A model generated the notes under the pieces. That model worked only from the letters and a program-made list of their open reading frames with translations, was not told where the DNA came from and made no database searches. Of a stretch of 64,000 nucleotides of DNA, positions 18,355 to 28,953 are shown one piece after another. The translations under genes were made by a program, and so were the position numbers. Positions within the stretch are counted from its first letter, which is position 1. The number at the start of each line of letters is the position of its first letter. This DNA is from Nitrospirae bacterium JdFR-86 (lineage in GTDB: Bacteria > Nitrospirota > Thermodesulfovibrionia > Thermodesulfovibrionales > JdFR-86): positions 3,246 through 67,245 of the forward strand of contig MTOV01000002.1 of the NCBI GenBank assembly GCA_002011815.1, read 5' to 3'.

Positions 18355-19431
18355 TTACCCGCCTTTACGTCTTTCACCCATGATTACCCTTATCATCTCC
18401 CTTGGTATATCATGCAAAGGAAGGACTTTATCAGCAGCATCTGCATTTATCACCTCAGCAGGCATGCCAAAGACAACGGATGTCTCCTCTGATTCCGCTA
18501 TTGTATAACCTCCTCTTGCTTTTATTTCGAGCATACCCTGTTTGCCGTCATTTCCCATACCGGTCAGCACTATACCCATTGTCCTTCTTCCGAACCGTTC
18601 GGAAGCAGACGCCATCATGGTGTCAATAGAGGGTATGTATCTGTCCTCGTATGCAGATTTTTTCAAGGTCACATATGTTTTCTGCCCCCTGGGTTTAAGA
18701 ATCATATGGTGTCCTCCAGGGCAAATCAAAACCTTGCCTTTTTCGATCTCATCACCGTCCTCTGCCTCTTTCACACGCACACTGGTCAGTTTGTTAAGCC
18801 TCTCGGCAAGAGACCTTGTAAACCCCTTCGGCATATGCTGACTGACAATCACCCCTGATGGAAAATCCGCCGGCAGTTTTGTAAGTATAATCTGGAGCGC
18901 TGGCGGTCCTCCTGTTGACGCACCAATAGCAACGACCTCAACATCTCCCCTCTCAGGAGGAATCTCTGCCGGTTCTTTAATCTGCTCTTCAAGAAGCTGA
19001 AGGTTCTTGCTGAGCACGTTCATATTGAGGTCTTTTATTCCCTTAACCTTGAGCAGAAGGTCTTTCTCTATGTTCTTCAGCTCTGCAGAAGCTCTTTTGG
19101 AAGGCTTGGCTATAAAGTCAACTGCTCCGAGTTCCAGTGCCTTGAAGACTGTCTTTGCATCTGAGTATGAGCTGACCATTATAACCGGCGTAGGCTGCTG
19201 CATCATAAGCCACCTGAGAAAACTAAAGCCGTCCATCTCAGGCATGTCGAGATCAAGGGTTATAAGGTCAGGCTTGAGTCTCAGGGTCTTTGCAATGGCG
19301 TCAATACCGTCTGAAGCCAACCCTATAACTTCTATATCAGGGTCGGTCTCCAACATATTTTTTATGGTCTGCCTGCTGAATGCGGAATCGTCTACGACAA
19401 GGACTTTAACTTTCTTGCTCATCTTCCCCAC
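18355..19431 (-). CDS. cheB: chemotaxis response regulator protein-glutamate methylesterase
   Basis: It has an N-terminal receiver (VLVVDDS, DLDMPEMDG) and a methylesterase domain (GASTGGP, GMGNDG). Confidence 0.9.
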   Translation of the reverse strand: MGKMSKKVKVLVVDDSAFSRQTIKNMLETDPDIEVIGLASDGIDAIAKTLRLKPDLITLDLDMPEMDGFSFLRWLMMQQPTPVIMVSSYSDAKTVFKALELGAVDFIAKPSKRASAELKNIEKDLLLKVKGIKDLNMNVLSKNLQLLEEQIKEPAEIPPERGDVEVVAIGASTGGPPALQIILTKLPADFPSGVIVSQHMPKGFTRSLAERLNKLTSVRVKEAEDGDEIEKGKVLICPGGHHMILKPRGQKTYVTLKKSAYEDRYIPSIDTMMASASERFGRRTMGIVLTGMGNDGKQGMLEIKARGGYTIAESEETSVVFGMPAEVINADAADKVLPLHDIPREMIRVIMGERRKGG

Positions 19432-20321
19432 ACCAGTTTAAAAAGAGTTTCATCTGACATCGAGACAACAGCCTTCCTGGGTTTCTGATAGACCATATCA
19501 CTCTTTAGATGCTTCAATGCAAAAGCCGTGGATATACTTATAAGAGATTCAGCGTGTCCCAATAGCAAATAACCTCCTTCCGAGAGAATTTGATAGAAGT
19601 TATCTATCAGTTTTTTCTTTGCATCGGTATTAAAATAAATAAGCACGTTTCTGCAGAATATCACGTCTACCTTCCCGATGAGTCTTACCTTAGACGGATC
19701 AAGCAAGTTAAGGCAGTTGAAGCTTACAAGTTTTTTAACCTCATCTTTTATCTTGAAGCCGCCTTGAACTTCCTCAAAATACTTCCGGATGTAATATTCA
19801 TCTGTAGTCCTGAACGAGTTCGCTTTATAAATACCTTTTCTTGCCCTCTGCAGAACCCTTTGATTTATGTCGCTTCCTATAATTTCAATGTTCCATCCGT
19901 CGAAATAGTGGGCTCGCTCAAGCATAAGCATGGCAATGGTATAAGGCTCTTCACCTGAAGAACAGCCTGCTGACCATATCCTTATTATTCTTGAATCTTT
20001 CTTCAGGTTCTTGAGTTCTTCGCATATCTCATCGATGAATGCATTCAGCTGGTTCTGCTCTCTGAAAAAGTAGGTCTCATTTACAGTAAGAACATCTATT
20101 ATAGCGGAGAACTCTTCCTCCTTCTTTTTGTCGTAAAGGAGGAATCTGTAATAGTCCCTGAAGTTTTCAAGCTGGAGAATTTTAAGTCTTCTGCTGAGTC
20201 TTCTCTGGATGAGATATTTCGAATCGTCATCAAAGTATATACCGCAGTAATCTGAAATTAAATCCCTCAGCAGTCTGAATACGTCTTCAGGTAACGGTAT
20301 GAACTCGTCTCTGCTAACCAT
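19419..20321 (-). CDS. cheR: chemotaxis protein methyltransferase
   Basis: 300 aa. It has a CheR N-terminal helical domain and a SAM methyltransferase domain (RIWSAGCSSGEEPYTIAM). Confidence 0.9.
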   Translation of the reverse strand: MVSRDEFIPLPEDVFRLLRDLISDYCGIYFDDDSKYLIQRRLSRRLKILQLENFRDYYRFLLYDKKKEEEFSAIIDVLTVNETYFFREQNQLNAFIDEICEELKNLKKDSRIIRIWSAGCSSGEEPYTIAMLMLERAHYFDGWNIEIIGSDINQRVLQRARKGIYKANSFRTTDEYYIRKYFEEVQGGFKIKDEVKKLVSFNCLNLLDPSKVRLIGKVDVIFCRNVLIYFNTDAKKKLIDNFYQILSEGGYLLLGHAESLISISTAFALKHLKSDMVYQKPRKAVVSMSDETLFKLVWGR

Positions 20322-22302
20322 TTATATAATTTTCTATCACCTTTCTGACCACAGGGTCTTCTTCTTCGTCAAACATTTTTTCTATTTCCTTTCTTACATC
20401 GCTTTGGGAACTTCCACCGAGCACCTCCACTGCAGCCACCCGTGTTGCCCAGTCCTCATCCTTAATGAAAGGCAAGATGTTGTATTCAACGTTTTGAAAA
20501 CCTGAAAGCGCTTTTATTGCTGTTCTTCTGATTTCTTTGTCTTCAGAGGAGAGCATTCTTATCAGTGCTTCTCTTGCTTCTTCGCCTCCGAGCTTCCCGA
20601 TAGCATCTATTGCAGAGGTAACAACAAAGCCGTTTTCATCCGAGAGAAGCTTTACTAAATTCGGGACTGCTTCTTTTCTGCCGAGCATACCAAGCGCCTT
20701 TGAGGCTGCAACCCTTACCATATCATCAGAGTCCTCGAGCAAAAGGCAGAGATGTTCAACCGATGCCTCCCTGCCTCTTGCACCAAGACTTAAAGCTGCA
20801 GACACTCTTATCTCAGGGACTTCATCAGTCAACGCCTGTATGAGATATTCCATCGAATCCTCTGTATCTATCAAAGACAGAGCTTTAACAACCGCCTGTC
20901 TTACCGAGACATCATCATCTTTTAGTGCAAAACCGAGGGCAGGAACCATTTCAGGCAGGGCAAGCCTACCAAGAAGCAGAGCGGTATTTTTCCTCAGCAC
21001 CGGATTTTCGCTATGAAGACCTTTCATAATCTCTTCTATATCAAGCCCGTCTTTGAGCATGCTTAGAGCCTCTACTGCAGACTCCTGGACATCAATGTAA
21101 GGGTCTGTGAGAAGCTCTTTTATGGCATTTACCGCTCTGTAGTCCCCTATATTCGAGAGGCACTTTGCCGCAAGTGACCTGACATGACCGTCTTCATCCC
21201 TTAGGAGCTCTATCATAATATCGTAATAAACAGGCGAAGCAATGTCAGCGGCAACATCACATATAAAACGCTTGAGTGTGGGGTCTTCGGACTTAAAAAG
21301 CGGCACAAGTGATTCAGGTTTTTCTTTTCCTATAAACAGCAGTGCTTTTTTGACATCTTCTGCAAACTCTTCGTCTGTGGACAACTCAAGCAACGGGATA
21401 AGTGCCTTTTCGTCTTTCAGTAGCCCGAGAAGGAGTATTGCAGAGCCTCTTACCTCAGCCCTGCTGCTTGTTGCATGGGCAAGCAATATATCAATAACTT
21501 TGTCACCGAAAACCTTTCTAAGTGTGCCGGTTATAAGATTTTCCTCAACACCCTTGTGGTAAAGCATCTCAATGGCTCTTAGTGCTTCCTGCTGGACTGC
21601 CTTTGATTTGTCAGTGATAAAGCGCACTATACGTTCAAGGGATTCTCCATCTCCGAGCACACTCAGTGCTCTAAGGGCGGGTTCTCGCAGGGTGGATTTA
21701 TCAAGTGCTCGCAAGAGGGCAGGCACTGCCCGTCTGTCGCCTATTCTTCCGAGTGCTTCTGCTGCCGGATATGCTGTCCAAAGGTCATCGCTTTCGAGTA
21801 TATCAATAAGGGCGTCTACAACTAAAGCTTCTTTTATGTTGCCGAGGTTTTCAACTGCAGATGCGCGCACATTTTCATCCTCATCCTTGAGCGCTTCAAT
21901 CAGAAGAGGAACAGCTTTTTTGTCACGCACGTGGCCGATTATATCAATAATAAACTTTCTTACATCATTGTTAGATGTATCGAAAGCCTCTATCAGGTAA
22001 TCGGTAATCTTTCTGCCTAATCTGGTGAGTGCTTCCATTGCCGAGTTCCTTGCACCTGCATTGTCTTCAAGATAAAGGAGCTTGATAAGTCCGTTTATAT
22101 ACGACTCGACAGGATACTCTTCAAGCAGGATATCCACTGCTGTTTTCCGCACCCTCCAGCTTGCATCCTGCATTGCCATAAGAAGGAGTCTAACGGCATT
22201 CATCGGTTCGACAGCCCCCAGATGCTTTTTAAGCATCAATACTGCCTGCCGTCTTATTTCAACATCCTCGTTACTTAACTTTTCTTCTATTTCTTCAATC
22301 AT
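20314..22302 (-). CDS. HEAT/PBS-lyase-type repeat protein
   Basis: 662 aa made of many tandem repeats of about 31 aa, of the form ..VRxxAaxALGxiGd... It is embedded in the che operon with overlapping junctions. Confidence 0.8.
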   Translation of the reverse strand: MIEEIEEKLSNEDVEIRRQAVLMLKKHLGAVEPMNAVRLLLMAMQDASWRVRKTAVDILLEEYPVESYINGLIKLLYLEDNAGARNSAMEALTRLGRKITDYLIEAFDTSNNDVRKFIIDIIGHVRDKKAVPLLIEALKDEDENVRASAVENLGNIKEALVVDALIDILESDDLWTAYPAAEALGRIGDRRAVPALLRALDKSTLREPALRALSVLGDGESLERIVRFITDKSKAVQQEALRAIEMLYHKGVEENLITGTLRKVFGDKVIDILLAHATSSRAEVRGSAILLLGLLKDEKALIPLLELSTDEEFAEDVKKALLFIGKEKPESLVPLFKSEDPTLKRFICDVAADIASPVYYDIMIELLRDEDGHVRSLAAKCLSNIGDYRAVNAIKELLTDPYIDVQESAVEALSMLKDGLDIEEIMKGLHSENPVLRKNTALLLGRLALPEMVPALGFALKDDDVSVRQAVVKALSLIDTEDSMEYLIQALTDEVPEIRVSAALSLGARGREASVEHLCLLLEDSDDMVRVAASKALGMLGRKEAVPNLVKLLSDENGFVVTSAIDAIGKLGGEEAREALIRMLSSEDKEIRRTAIKALSGFQNVEYNILPFIKDEDWATRVAAVEVLGGSSQSDVRKEIEKMFDEEEDPVVRKVIENYING

Positions 22303-22329
22303 CTCTTGTTTTTAAAACTCCATGTTTTG

Positions 22330-25182
22330 TCAGAGCATGCCCATTTTTAACATCATCTGTCTTATACCGTCGTAGTCTTCGTCTCTTGCATCAGTAAATC
22401 CGGTATAGCTCTTGTCTATTGCGCTGAGTATAGCTGCACTTTCAGGAACCTTGTCATTGAGCTTTTTCAGAACAGACTTAAGGGCCTCTGCTGCTGCGGC
22501 ATCAAAAGAACTGCTAGCACAGATATTGAATTCAGGTATCTCATCGGAGAACTTTATGAACCTCAAGCCCTGGTCTTTGAACCTGAATGCAGTGCTTTCC
22601 TTAACGCCTCCTGCATCGAACTCCCCTTTCAACACTGCCCTGACGATATCATCATGGTGACCGAGGTAGTTATAGTATGAAAGGTCTTTAAGGTCTATGC
22701 CCTCTTCAAGAAGCATTGCTCTGGGCACGATGTGGCTGGATGTCGAATGGACGTCTCCAAAAGCGAATGACCTGTTCTTTATGTCTTTCACAGACCTTAT
22801 ATTGCTGCCTTCCTGCGTGATTATCACTGAGTGATGATAGGGTTTACCGTCTCTGAGTGCTTTTACAAGGAGTCTTGCTCCGTATGTTTTATGCGCCTCG
22901 ATATAGGTATGCGGGGTCATATAGCATAGCTGTGTGATTCCCTGCCCCAGCTCCCGCACTGCGGTCTCATAATCCGGAGCTACTTTAAGCTCGAACTTCT
23001 TGCCGAGTTCCCTGCTGAGATAATCTATAAGCGGAGTGAATTTCTTATACATGTCTGCAGGAGACTCCAGAGGCACAACACCAAATCTTATAATCTCTGT
23101 AATTCCATCTTCGTAAAGCTTAAATTTTTCCATTTCCATGCTTACGAGTTCTGAGTCTTTTACCAGTTCGCGCAACAGTTTATTTATTCTGAATGCAAGG
23201 TCGCGGTTCTCACTCGGAATATTCTTTATCTTTTCTATAGACGCCCATATCTGATTAGAACCGACTTTCTGCTCATAGATAGCCCTTGATATCTGCTGGC
23301 TCTTGTCGGATATCATCTCTACTGCCTTTGATATCTGTCTGCTGCTTGCAGCCTGCTGTTCTGTAGATATATCTACCTGATGTGATGCATCTCTCATTCT
23401 TTCCGCAGCTTTTATGATAAGGCTTACTCCTTTTGACTGCTCTGAGGTTGCCTTTGCAATCTGTCCTACCATGATTCTGACACGCTCTATGGCTTCTGAC
23501 ACGTGTCTTGCAGCCCTTGCCTGCTCTGTCGTAGAGCGCTCGATGGAATAAGCCATCTCAGAGGACAACTTGGAACTGTCAAGTATCTTCTTCAGGGCAT
23601 CCGATGACTCTTTAGTAAGCTCAATCCCCTCATTAACGGAAACCAGTCCGTCCTCCATTGCCTCTATCGCATCCTTTACTTCCTGCCTGACGGACTGTAT
23701 AAGCTGCGATATCTCCTGCGTGGACAAAGCAGTTCTTTCTGCAAGGTCTTTTATTTCATCTGCAACTACAGAGAAGCCCTTGCCGTGTTCACCTGCCTGT
23801 GCAGCAAGAATTGCAGCATTAAGAGCAAGAAGGGTTGTTTGGTCTGTAATCTCGTCTATCACATTGAGTATTTTGCCTATTTCTTCTGACCTGCCTCCAA
23901 GTTTCCGTATAGCACCTGCAGTCTTTTCCACAGAGACCTTTATCTTTTGCATTCCCTCCATGGTCTTGTTCATAGAGGTCACACCAAGCGTTGATGCATC
24001 ATCCGCAACCTTGCTCGAAAGTTTAGCTGACTCTTTGGCACTCACTTCGACTTCCTTTATGGAAGATATTATTTCTTCAACAGAGGAGAGCGTCTCATCA
24101 GACACCCTTGCAAGCTCTTCTGCGTTTTGTGCAACTTCTTTTATAGTGGCAGACAGCTCTTCTATGGATGATGAAGTAGCTTCGATTCCACCGGACAGTT
24201 CATGCGTAAGGTTTGTTACAGAGCTGATACTTGTAGCCATCTCTTCCATTGAAGCGGCGGTCTCTTCGACTGATGCAGCAAGGCTTTCTGTGCTTTCAGC
24301 TATTTCTGTTATAGCTGCGTTAAGCTGATCCATAGAGCTTGATATATCGGCTATTGCTTCGGCTTCAAGCTGTGTGCTCTCGACAACTTTTCGTGACTCG
24401 TCTTCAACCATGTCAGAGGTGTTCGATATCCTCTTTGACACCTCCTTAACCCTCTGAAGGATACTGCTTATGGATTGAAGTGATTCTTTTATTGATTTAT
24501 CAAGCCTTCCAATTTCATCATTTGTTTTTATCCCTGTATGAAATGAAAGGTCGCCTCCAGCCATTTTTGCAGCGCTATACTCCAATGTCTTCAGAGGGGT
24601 TATAACGAACCTTCTTATTATCCACCAGAAGATACTGCCCAGGACTCCTATACCAATGAGACTGCCCACCGCAACCATAAGTAAAAAGTTCGCTATTTTT
24701 TCGTATTCTTTTTCCAGTGAAACAGAGACCTTCACAGCACCTATTATTGATTTTTCAGGGGCGTGGCATCCCTGACATGAAGGCAAGTTTTTAAGCGGGC
24801 GATAAAATATAAGGGTTTTTCCTTTTTTAACTGTGATGTGAGTGCCTGTTGATACGATAGTTTCCAACGCCTCTTTTTCAACTGGAGGGGCATCAGGCTT
24901 AAACGCCTCTCTTCCTTCCCAGTTGTAAACTTCTATTCCTTCAAAACCGCTTACTGACTTAAGGTCTTCTATTAAAGGCTTTGCCACCTCTGCCTTACCT
25001 TCGAGCATAGTTCGCTCGATGCCTTTTGTAATCACCTTGGCAGTGGCTTCCAGTCTACTCTCAGCAAGGGAGTAAATATCAGCCCTTTCGACCATAAGCA
25101 CAAGAAAGCTCGTCACCGCTACTCCGACTATGAGTATGGCGATACCTATGCCCAAAATCTTAAATTCAAGTTTCTCCTTCAT
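22330..25182 (-). CDS. methyl-accepting chemotaxis protein: periplasmic CxxCH (Tll0287/DUF3365-like) domain, HAMP, long signalling domain, C-terminal PhnD-like substrate-binding domain
   Basis: 950 aa. Two TM helices flank an approximately 135-aa domain with [20 protein letters not shown]. The MCP hairpin tip is [34 protein letters not shown]. The last approximately 260 aa carry PhnD-family hallmarks (FGVVPLESP...[18 protein letters not shown]). Confidence 0.85.
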   Translation of the reverse strand: MKEKLEFKILGIGIAILIVGVAVTSFLVLMVERADIYSLAESRLEATAKVITKGIERTMLEGKAEVAKPLIEDLKSVSGFEGIEVYNWEGREAFKPDAPPVEKEALETIVSTGTHITVKKGKTLIFYRPLKNLPSCQGCHAPEKSIIGAVKVSVSLEKEYEKIANFLLMVAVGSLIGIGVLGSIFWWIIRRFVITPLKTLEYSAAKMAGGDLSFHTGIKTNDEIGRLDKSIKESLQSISSILQRVKEVSKRISNTSDMVEDESRKVVESTQLEAEAIADISSSMDQLNAAITEIAESTESLAASVEETAASMEEMATSISSVTNLTHELSGGIEATSSSIEELSATIKEVAQNAEELARVSDETLSSVEEIISSIKEVEVSAKESAKLSSKVADDASTLGVTSMNKTMEGMQKIKVSVEKTAGAIRKLGGRSEEIGKILNVIDEITDQTTLLALNAAILAAQAGEHGKGFSVVADEIKDLAERTALSTQEISQLIQSVRQEVKDAIEAMEDGLVSVNEGIELTKESSDALKKILDSSKLSSEMAYSIERSTTEQARAARHVSEAIERVRIMVGQIAKATSEQSKGVSLIIKAAERMRDASHQVDISTEQQAASSRQISKAVEMISDKSQQISRAIYEQKVGSNQIWASIEKIKNIPSENRDLAFRINKLLRELVKDSELVSMEMEKFKLYEDGITEIIRFGVVPLESPADMYKKFTPLIDYLSRELGKKFELKVAPDYETAVRELGQGITQLCYMTPHTYIEAHKTYGARLLVKALRDGKPYHHSVIITQEGSNIRSVKDIKNRSFAFGDVHSTSSHIVPRAMLLEEGIDLKDLSYYNYLGHHDDIVRAVLKGEFDAGGVKESTAFRFKDQGLRFIKFSDEIPEFNICASSSFDAAAAEALKSVLKKLNDKVPESAAILSAIDKSYTGFTDARDEDYDGIRQMMLKMGML

Positions 25183-25200
25183 TAGGGAGCCCTCCTAACT

Positions 25201-25830
25201 CTACGAGTCATTGATCGTTGCCTCAAATTTTAATATCTCTTCTATATGAATGATAGAGATAAACCTATCTCCCAGGACTGCAACTCCATCTATAAATTTT
25301 GTCTCCTTTTCTGTCAGATGAGCAGGCGGTTCATGTATGTCACTGGCAGGGACCCTTATCACACTCATACTTCTGTCCACCAGCACACCTATTGACCCTT
25401 TCGGTCCTTTAAGTATCACTATCTTTTTTTTACCCTGCCCGTTACTGTCGCTGATAAAAAGCCTTTTTTTGAGGTCAACTACAGGGATTATCTTTCCCCT
25501 GAGAGAAGTAATTCCGAGCACAAATGGGTCTGTCTTGGGAACTCTGGTTATTCTCTGCAGTCTGAGTATTTCCTCGACATCAGAGACTCTGAATGCATAA
25601 TCTTCCTTTGACAATTTAAATGCCAGAAGCTCAATTATCTCTCCTGCCTCTTCTATTTTAGCATCCAGATTATCCGGAGGTTTCTCGGTCTTTGTTTCCG
25701 GCTCTGTGTGTCTGGGGAGAATATCAGCTTTTGACTGACGTGACTCTCTATCCTTGTCTGTCAAGGATTCCCTAATCTTGGTCTGTGCTTTAACGTCTTT
25801 TAGCTTTTTCCTTATTTTGGCTATATCCAT
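25201..25830 (-). CDS. cheW: CheW-like coupling protein with a charged N-terminal extension of about 75 aa
   Basis: The CheW domain is ELLAFKLSKEDYAFRVSDVEEI...GITSLRGKIIPVVDLKKR. I prefer the start at MDIAKIRKK (25830) over the upstream ATG at 25896. Confidence 0.8.
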   Translation of the reverse strand: MDIAKIRKKLKDVKAQTKIRESLTDKDRESRQSKADILPRHTEPETKTEKPPDNLDAKIEEAGEIIELLAFKLSKEDYAFRVSDVEEILRLQRITRVPKTDPFVLGITSLRGKIIPVVDLKKRLFISDSNGQGKKKIVILKGPKGSIGVLVDRSMSVIRVPASDIHEPPAHLTEKETKFIDGVAVLGDRFISIIHIEEILKFEATINDS

Positions 25831-25933
25831 AAACCTACTTTTCGTGGAAAAACCTACTAATTTTCTCACAAAACGACAAAAAATGTAAAGTTGCATTGAC
25901 TAACATGGGCAATAGATATTATCTTTAAACACC

Positions 25934-26608
25934 ATGAAATTATTTCTCTTTGACATTGACGGCACGCTGATAGATTCAGGAGGGGCAGGGACGAGGGCTC
26001 TGGAGCTTGCCTTTAAAGAGCTATTTTCCATAAGACACGCCTTCCAGGGAATCGCCATGGCTGGCAAAACAGATATTGAGATAATCAAAGAAGCCCTCAA
26101 CAAGTATCAAATACCTGCAAATGACGGGGTAATACCAGCGGTCACCAGCTCTTATCTGAGGCATCTCAGCGTGGAAGTGCACAATGACAGGAAGCACCTG
26201 AAACCCGGAGTCAGAGACGTGTTGGACAGGCTCAGCGAAAGGCCTGATTGCCACCTCGGTCTATTGACAGGCAATATTGAAGAAGGCGCAAGAATAAAGC
26301 TTGGCGCTTTTGACCTAAACCGCTACTTTTCTTTTGGAGCATTCGGAAGCGACAACGAAGACAGGAGAAAGCTCCTACCTCTGGCAGTCAAGAAATTCAA
26401 AAATATTACCGGTAAGACTGTCAATTACAGCAGTTGCATAGTGATTGGCGACACGCCACGAGATGTCCACTGTGCAAAACCCTATGGAGCACTGTCCGTG
26501 GCTGTTGCCACAGGTCCTTATGCTGTAGAACACCTCAGGGAAACAGGTGCTGACGTTGTGCTCAGAACCCTTTCAGACGGGGGCGCACTGTTTAAACTAT
26601 TAGACTAG
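25934..26608 (+). CDS. HAD-superfamily hydrolase (phosphoglycolate phosphatase-like)
   Basis: 224 aa. It has HAD motif I (LFLFDIDGTL) and a C-terminal GDTPRD motif. Confidence 0.7.
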   Translation: MKLFLFDIDGTLIDSGGAGTRALELAFKELFSIRHAFQGIAMAGKTDIEIIKEALNKYQIPANDGVIPAVTSSYLRHLSVEVHNDRKHLKPGVRDVLDRLSERPDCHLGLLTGNIEEGARIKLGAFDLNRYFSFGAFGSDNEDRRKLLPLAVKKFKNITGKTVNYSSCIVIGDTPRDVHCAKPYGALSVAVATGPYAVEHLRETGADVVLRTLSDGGALFKLLD

Positions 26609-26624
26609 AAGCACTAAATACAGC

Positions 26625-28622
26625 CTACTTCTGTTTTTTAAGCAGTTTTTTCGCCTGCTTTACCACATTCTGGACAGTAAAGCCGAGCTTTTCAAAGACC
26701 ACTTTTCCAGGTGCAGATGCGCCAAATCTGTCTATGCCTATAACAGAGCCTTCCAGCCCGACGTACTTATACCAGCCGAGTGTTGCCCCTGCCTCTACAG
26801 CCAATCTGTTTTTCACATCAGGAGGAAGAACCTCATCTTTGTATTTTTTAGGCTGGGCTTCAAAAAGCTCAAAGCTTGCCATGTTTACGACCCTTACATT
26901 AACTTTGTTCTTTCTTAAAATCTCTGCTGCTTCAAGACACAGATGAACCTCAGAGCCAGAGGATATCAGGATAACATCCGGCTTTCCTTTTGAATCTGAA
27001 ATAATATAGGCTCCTCTTTTCAGGTTTTCTGCTGGTGCATAAACAGTGCGGTCTATAACAGGCAGTTTTTGTCTTGAAAGTATTAATGCCACAGGTCCTT
27101 CTTTATGTTTAAGAGCCACCTTCCATGCCTCTATGGTCTCGTTTGCATCCGCTGGTCTGATAGCCAGAGAATTTGGCACGGCCCTTTGGATAGTAAGCTG
27201 TTCTATTGGCTGGTGCGTAGGTCCGTCTTCGCCGACTCCTATAGAGTCATGCGTAAAGACATATATAACATGAGTCTTCATGAGAGCAGAAAGTCTTTTG
27301 GCAGGACAGAGATAATCAGAAAACACAAGGAATGTTCCACCGTAAGGAATCAGCATCCTGCTGAGTGCCATACCATTGAGAATAGCCCCCATTGCATGTT
27401 CTCTTACTCCAAAATGGATGTTTCTACCAGCACTTCCCGGTGAGAAGTCCGGGTATCCTTTCAGGTATGTATTGTTAGATGGAGCAAGGTCTGCAGAGCC
27501 GCCGACAAGTTCAGGGATAGCACCGGCAACGGCGTTTAAGAACTTTCCTGATGCACTTCTTGTTGCCACCGGACCATCCTGAGGCTTAAATTTGGGAAGG
27601 TTCTTTTCCCATCCTTCGGGAAGCTTTCCGCTTATAAGGTCGTTCCATTTTTGTGCAAGCTCTGGATATCTCCTGCTGTATTTCTTAAACCGGTCTTTCC
27701 ACTGTTTTTCAAGGGCTTTACCTTTTTGTATGGCTTTTCTCATGTGCGTTAAGACTTCTTTAGGGACATAAAATTCCTTTTGCGGGAAACCCAGTCTCTG
27801 CTTTATGAGCCTTATTTCATCTTTTCCAAGCGGTGCGCCGTGGGCAGCGGCTGAGTCCTGTTTATGAGGGCTTCCGTATCCAATATGGGTTCTGGCTATA
27901 ATGAGCGAAGGTCTGTGTCTTTCGTTCTTTGCCCTTCTGATGGCTTTTTCTATGCCTTTTAAGTCGTAGCCGTCAACCCGTTCTGTATGCCAGCCGTATG
28001 CCTGAAATCTCTTTTGAACGTCTTCTGTAAACGCCAGGTCTGTAGAGCCTTCTATTGTAATTTTATTATCCGAATAAAGATAAATAATCTTTCCGAGTTT
28101 CAGGTGACCTGCAAGAGAAGCAGCCTCAGAGGAAATTCCCTCCATGAGGTCTCCGTCGCTTACAATGCCGTAAATATGGTAGTCAATGATTGGAAAGCCG
28201 GGCTTGTTAAACATCTTGGAAAGATACCTTTCAGCCATAGCCATGCCAACGCCTGTAGCAAAGCCCTGTCCCAAAGGACCTGTTGTGGTTTCTATGCCGC
28301 AACTAAGGCAGTATTCAGGATGCCCGGGCGTCTTGCTTTCCCACTGGCGAAAGTTCTTAATGTCATTTAAAGAGATATTATGACCAGTTAAGTACAAGAG
28401 GCTGTAAAGTAGCATTGAGCCGTGTCCTGCAGACAGCACAAACCTGTCCCGGTTCTGCCACGCAGGGTTCTTTGGGTTGTGTCTCAGGAATTTTGTCCAG
28501 AGCACATAAGCCATTGCTGCATCGCCCATCGGCATACCTGGATGCCCTGACTTAGCACGCTCTACTGCGTCTGCAGAAAGCATCATTATGGTTTTTATGC
28601 ACAGCTCATCAATCTTGTTCAT
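26625..28622 (-). CDS. tkt: transketolase
   Basis: 665 aa. Motifs include [19 protein letters not shown] and [26 protein letters not shown] Shine-Dalgarno is present. Confidence 0.9.
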   Translation of the reverse strand: MNKIDELCIKTIMMLSADAVERAKSGHPGMPMGDAAMAYVLWTKFLRHNPKNPAWQNRDRFVLSAGHGSMLLYSLLYLTGHNISLNDIKNFRQWESKTPGHPEYCLSCGIETTTGPLGQGFATGVGMAMAERYLSKMFNKPGFPIIDYHIYGIVSDGDLMEGISSEAASLAGHLKLGKIIYLYSDNKITIEGSTDLAFTEDVQKRFQAYGWHTERVDGYDLKGIEKAIRRAKNERHRPSLIIARTHIGYGSPHKQDSAAAHGAPLGKDEIRLIKQRLGFPQKEFYVPKEVLTHMRKAIQKGKALEKQWKDRFKKYSRRYPELAQKWNDLISGKLPEGWEKNLPKFKPQDGPVATRSASGKFLNAVAGAIPELVGGSADLAPSNNTYLKGYPDFSPGSAGRNIHFGVREHAMGAILNGMALSRMLIPYGGTFLVFSDYLCPAKRLSALMKTHVIYVFTHDSIGVGEDGPTHQPIEQLTIQRAVPNSLAIRPADANETIEAWKVALKHKEGPVALILSRQKLPVIDRTVYAPAENLKRGAYIISDSKGKPDVILISSGSEVHLCLEAAEILRKNKVNVRVVNMASFELFEAQPKKYKDEVLPPDVKNRLAVEAGATLGWYKYVGLEGSVIGIDRFGASAPGKVVFEKLGFTVQNVVKQAKKLLKKQK

Positions 28623-28788
28623 TTAGCCTCCAGATTTATTTTTTACCGGCAGTCCTGACCACTGCAATGAAACCCGGCAACCGGCAGAGAATTATCTCAT
28701 ATAGAGTTTATGGAATTCAAGGGATTTGAACTCGTCCAGATACATGTAAAACGGAAACAGGTTAAAGAAGATGTTGGCTCCAAATGCC

Positions 28789-28818
28789 ATTGCAATTTTT
28801 GGATGATAATGGTATAAA
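28789..28818 (+). promoter_or_regulatory. candidate sigma70-type promoter (TTGCAA-18-TATAAA) for the sensory island
   Basis: Read directly in the AT-rich segment. The -10 lies inside the first 17-bp direct repeat. Confidence 0.3.
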
Positions 28819-28848
28819 TATATTAATTTTTTATAAATATATTAATTT
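28813..28848. repeat. 17-bp perfect direct repeat TATAAATATATTAATTT x2 (spaced 19 bp)
   Basis: Copies are at 28813..28829 and 28832..28848, read directly. Confidence 0.9.
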
Positions 28849-28888
28849 ATATTTATTTTACTAAAATAACAATTTCTCGGAGCTGTTT

Positions 28889-28932
28889 CTTCTATCTTGA
28901 ATGTAAACTCTGTAGATGTTTTAAGATAGAAG
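28889..28932 (+). promoter_or_regulatory. 10-bp perfect inverted repeat (CTTCTATCTT ... AAGATAGAAG) in the 5' region of the first PAS gene
   Basis: Arms are at 28889..28898 and 28923..28932 with a 24-nt loop. It ends 21 nt before ATG 28954, just upstream of the GAGGGA Shine-Dalgarno. Confidence 0.5.
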
Positions 28933-28953
28933 GGACAGTGAGGGAAATACTCC

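Noticed and set aside
23570-24328. A 252-aa plus-strand ORF lies inside the MCP gene. Similar long antisense ORFs occur at 20537..21016, 21572..22000, 40389..41123, 44103..44747 and 42181..42510.
   Set aside because: They are Ser/Leu/Ile-rich, low-complexity shadow frames. They lie opposite genes with strong domain signatures (E/A/K-rich coiled coils and HEAT repeats read antisense). They have no start context and no motifs.
28648-28686. A direct repeat ACCGGCAG x2 with a small CAGT/ACTG hairpin lies in the tkt 5' region. I considered a riboswitch or leader.
   Set aside because: It is too short and simple, I recognise no riboswitch consensus in it, and transketolase is not a typical riboswitch target. 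I leave it as unexplained minor structure.
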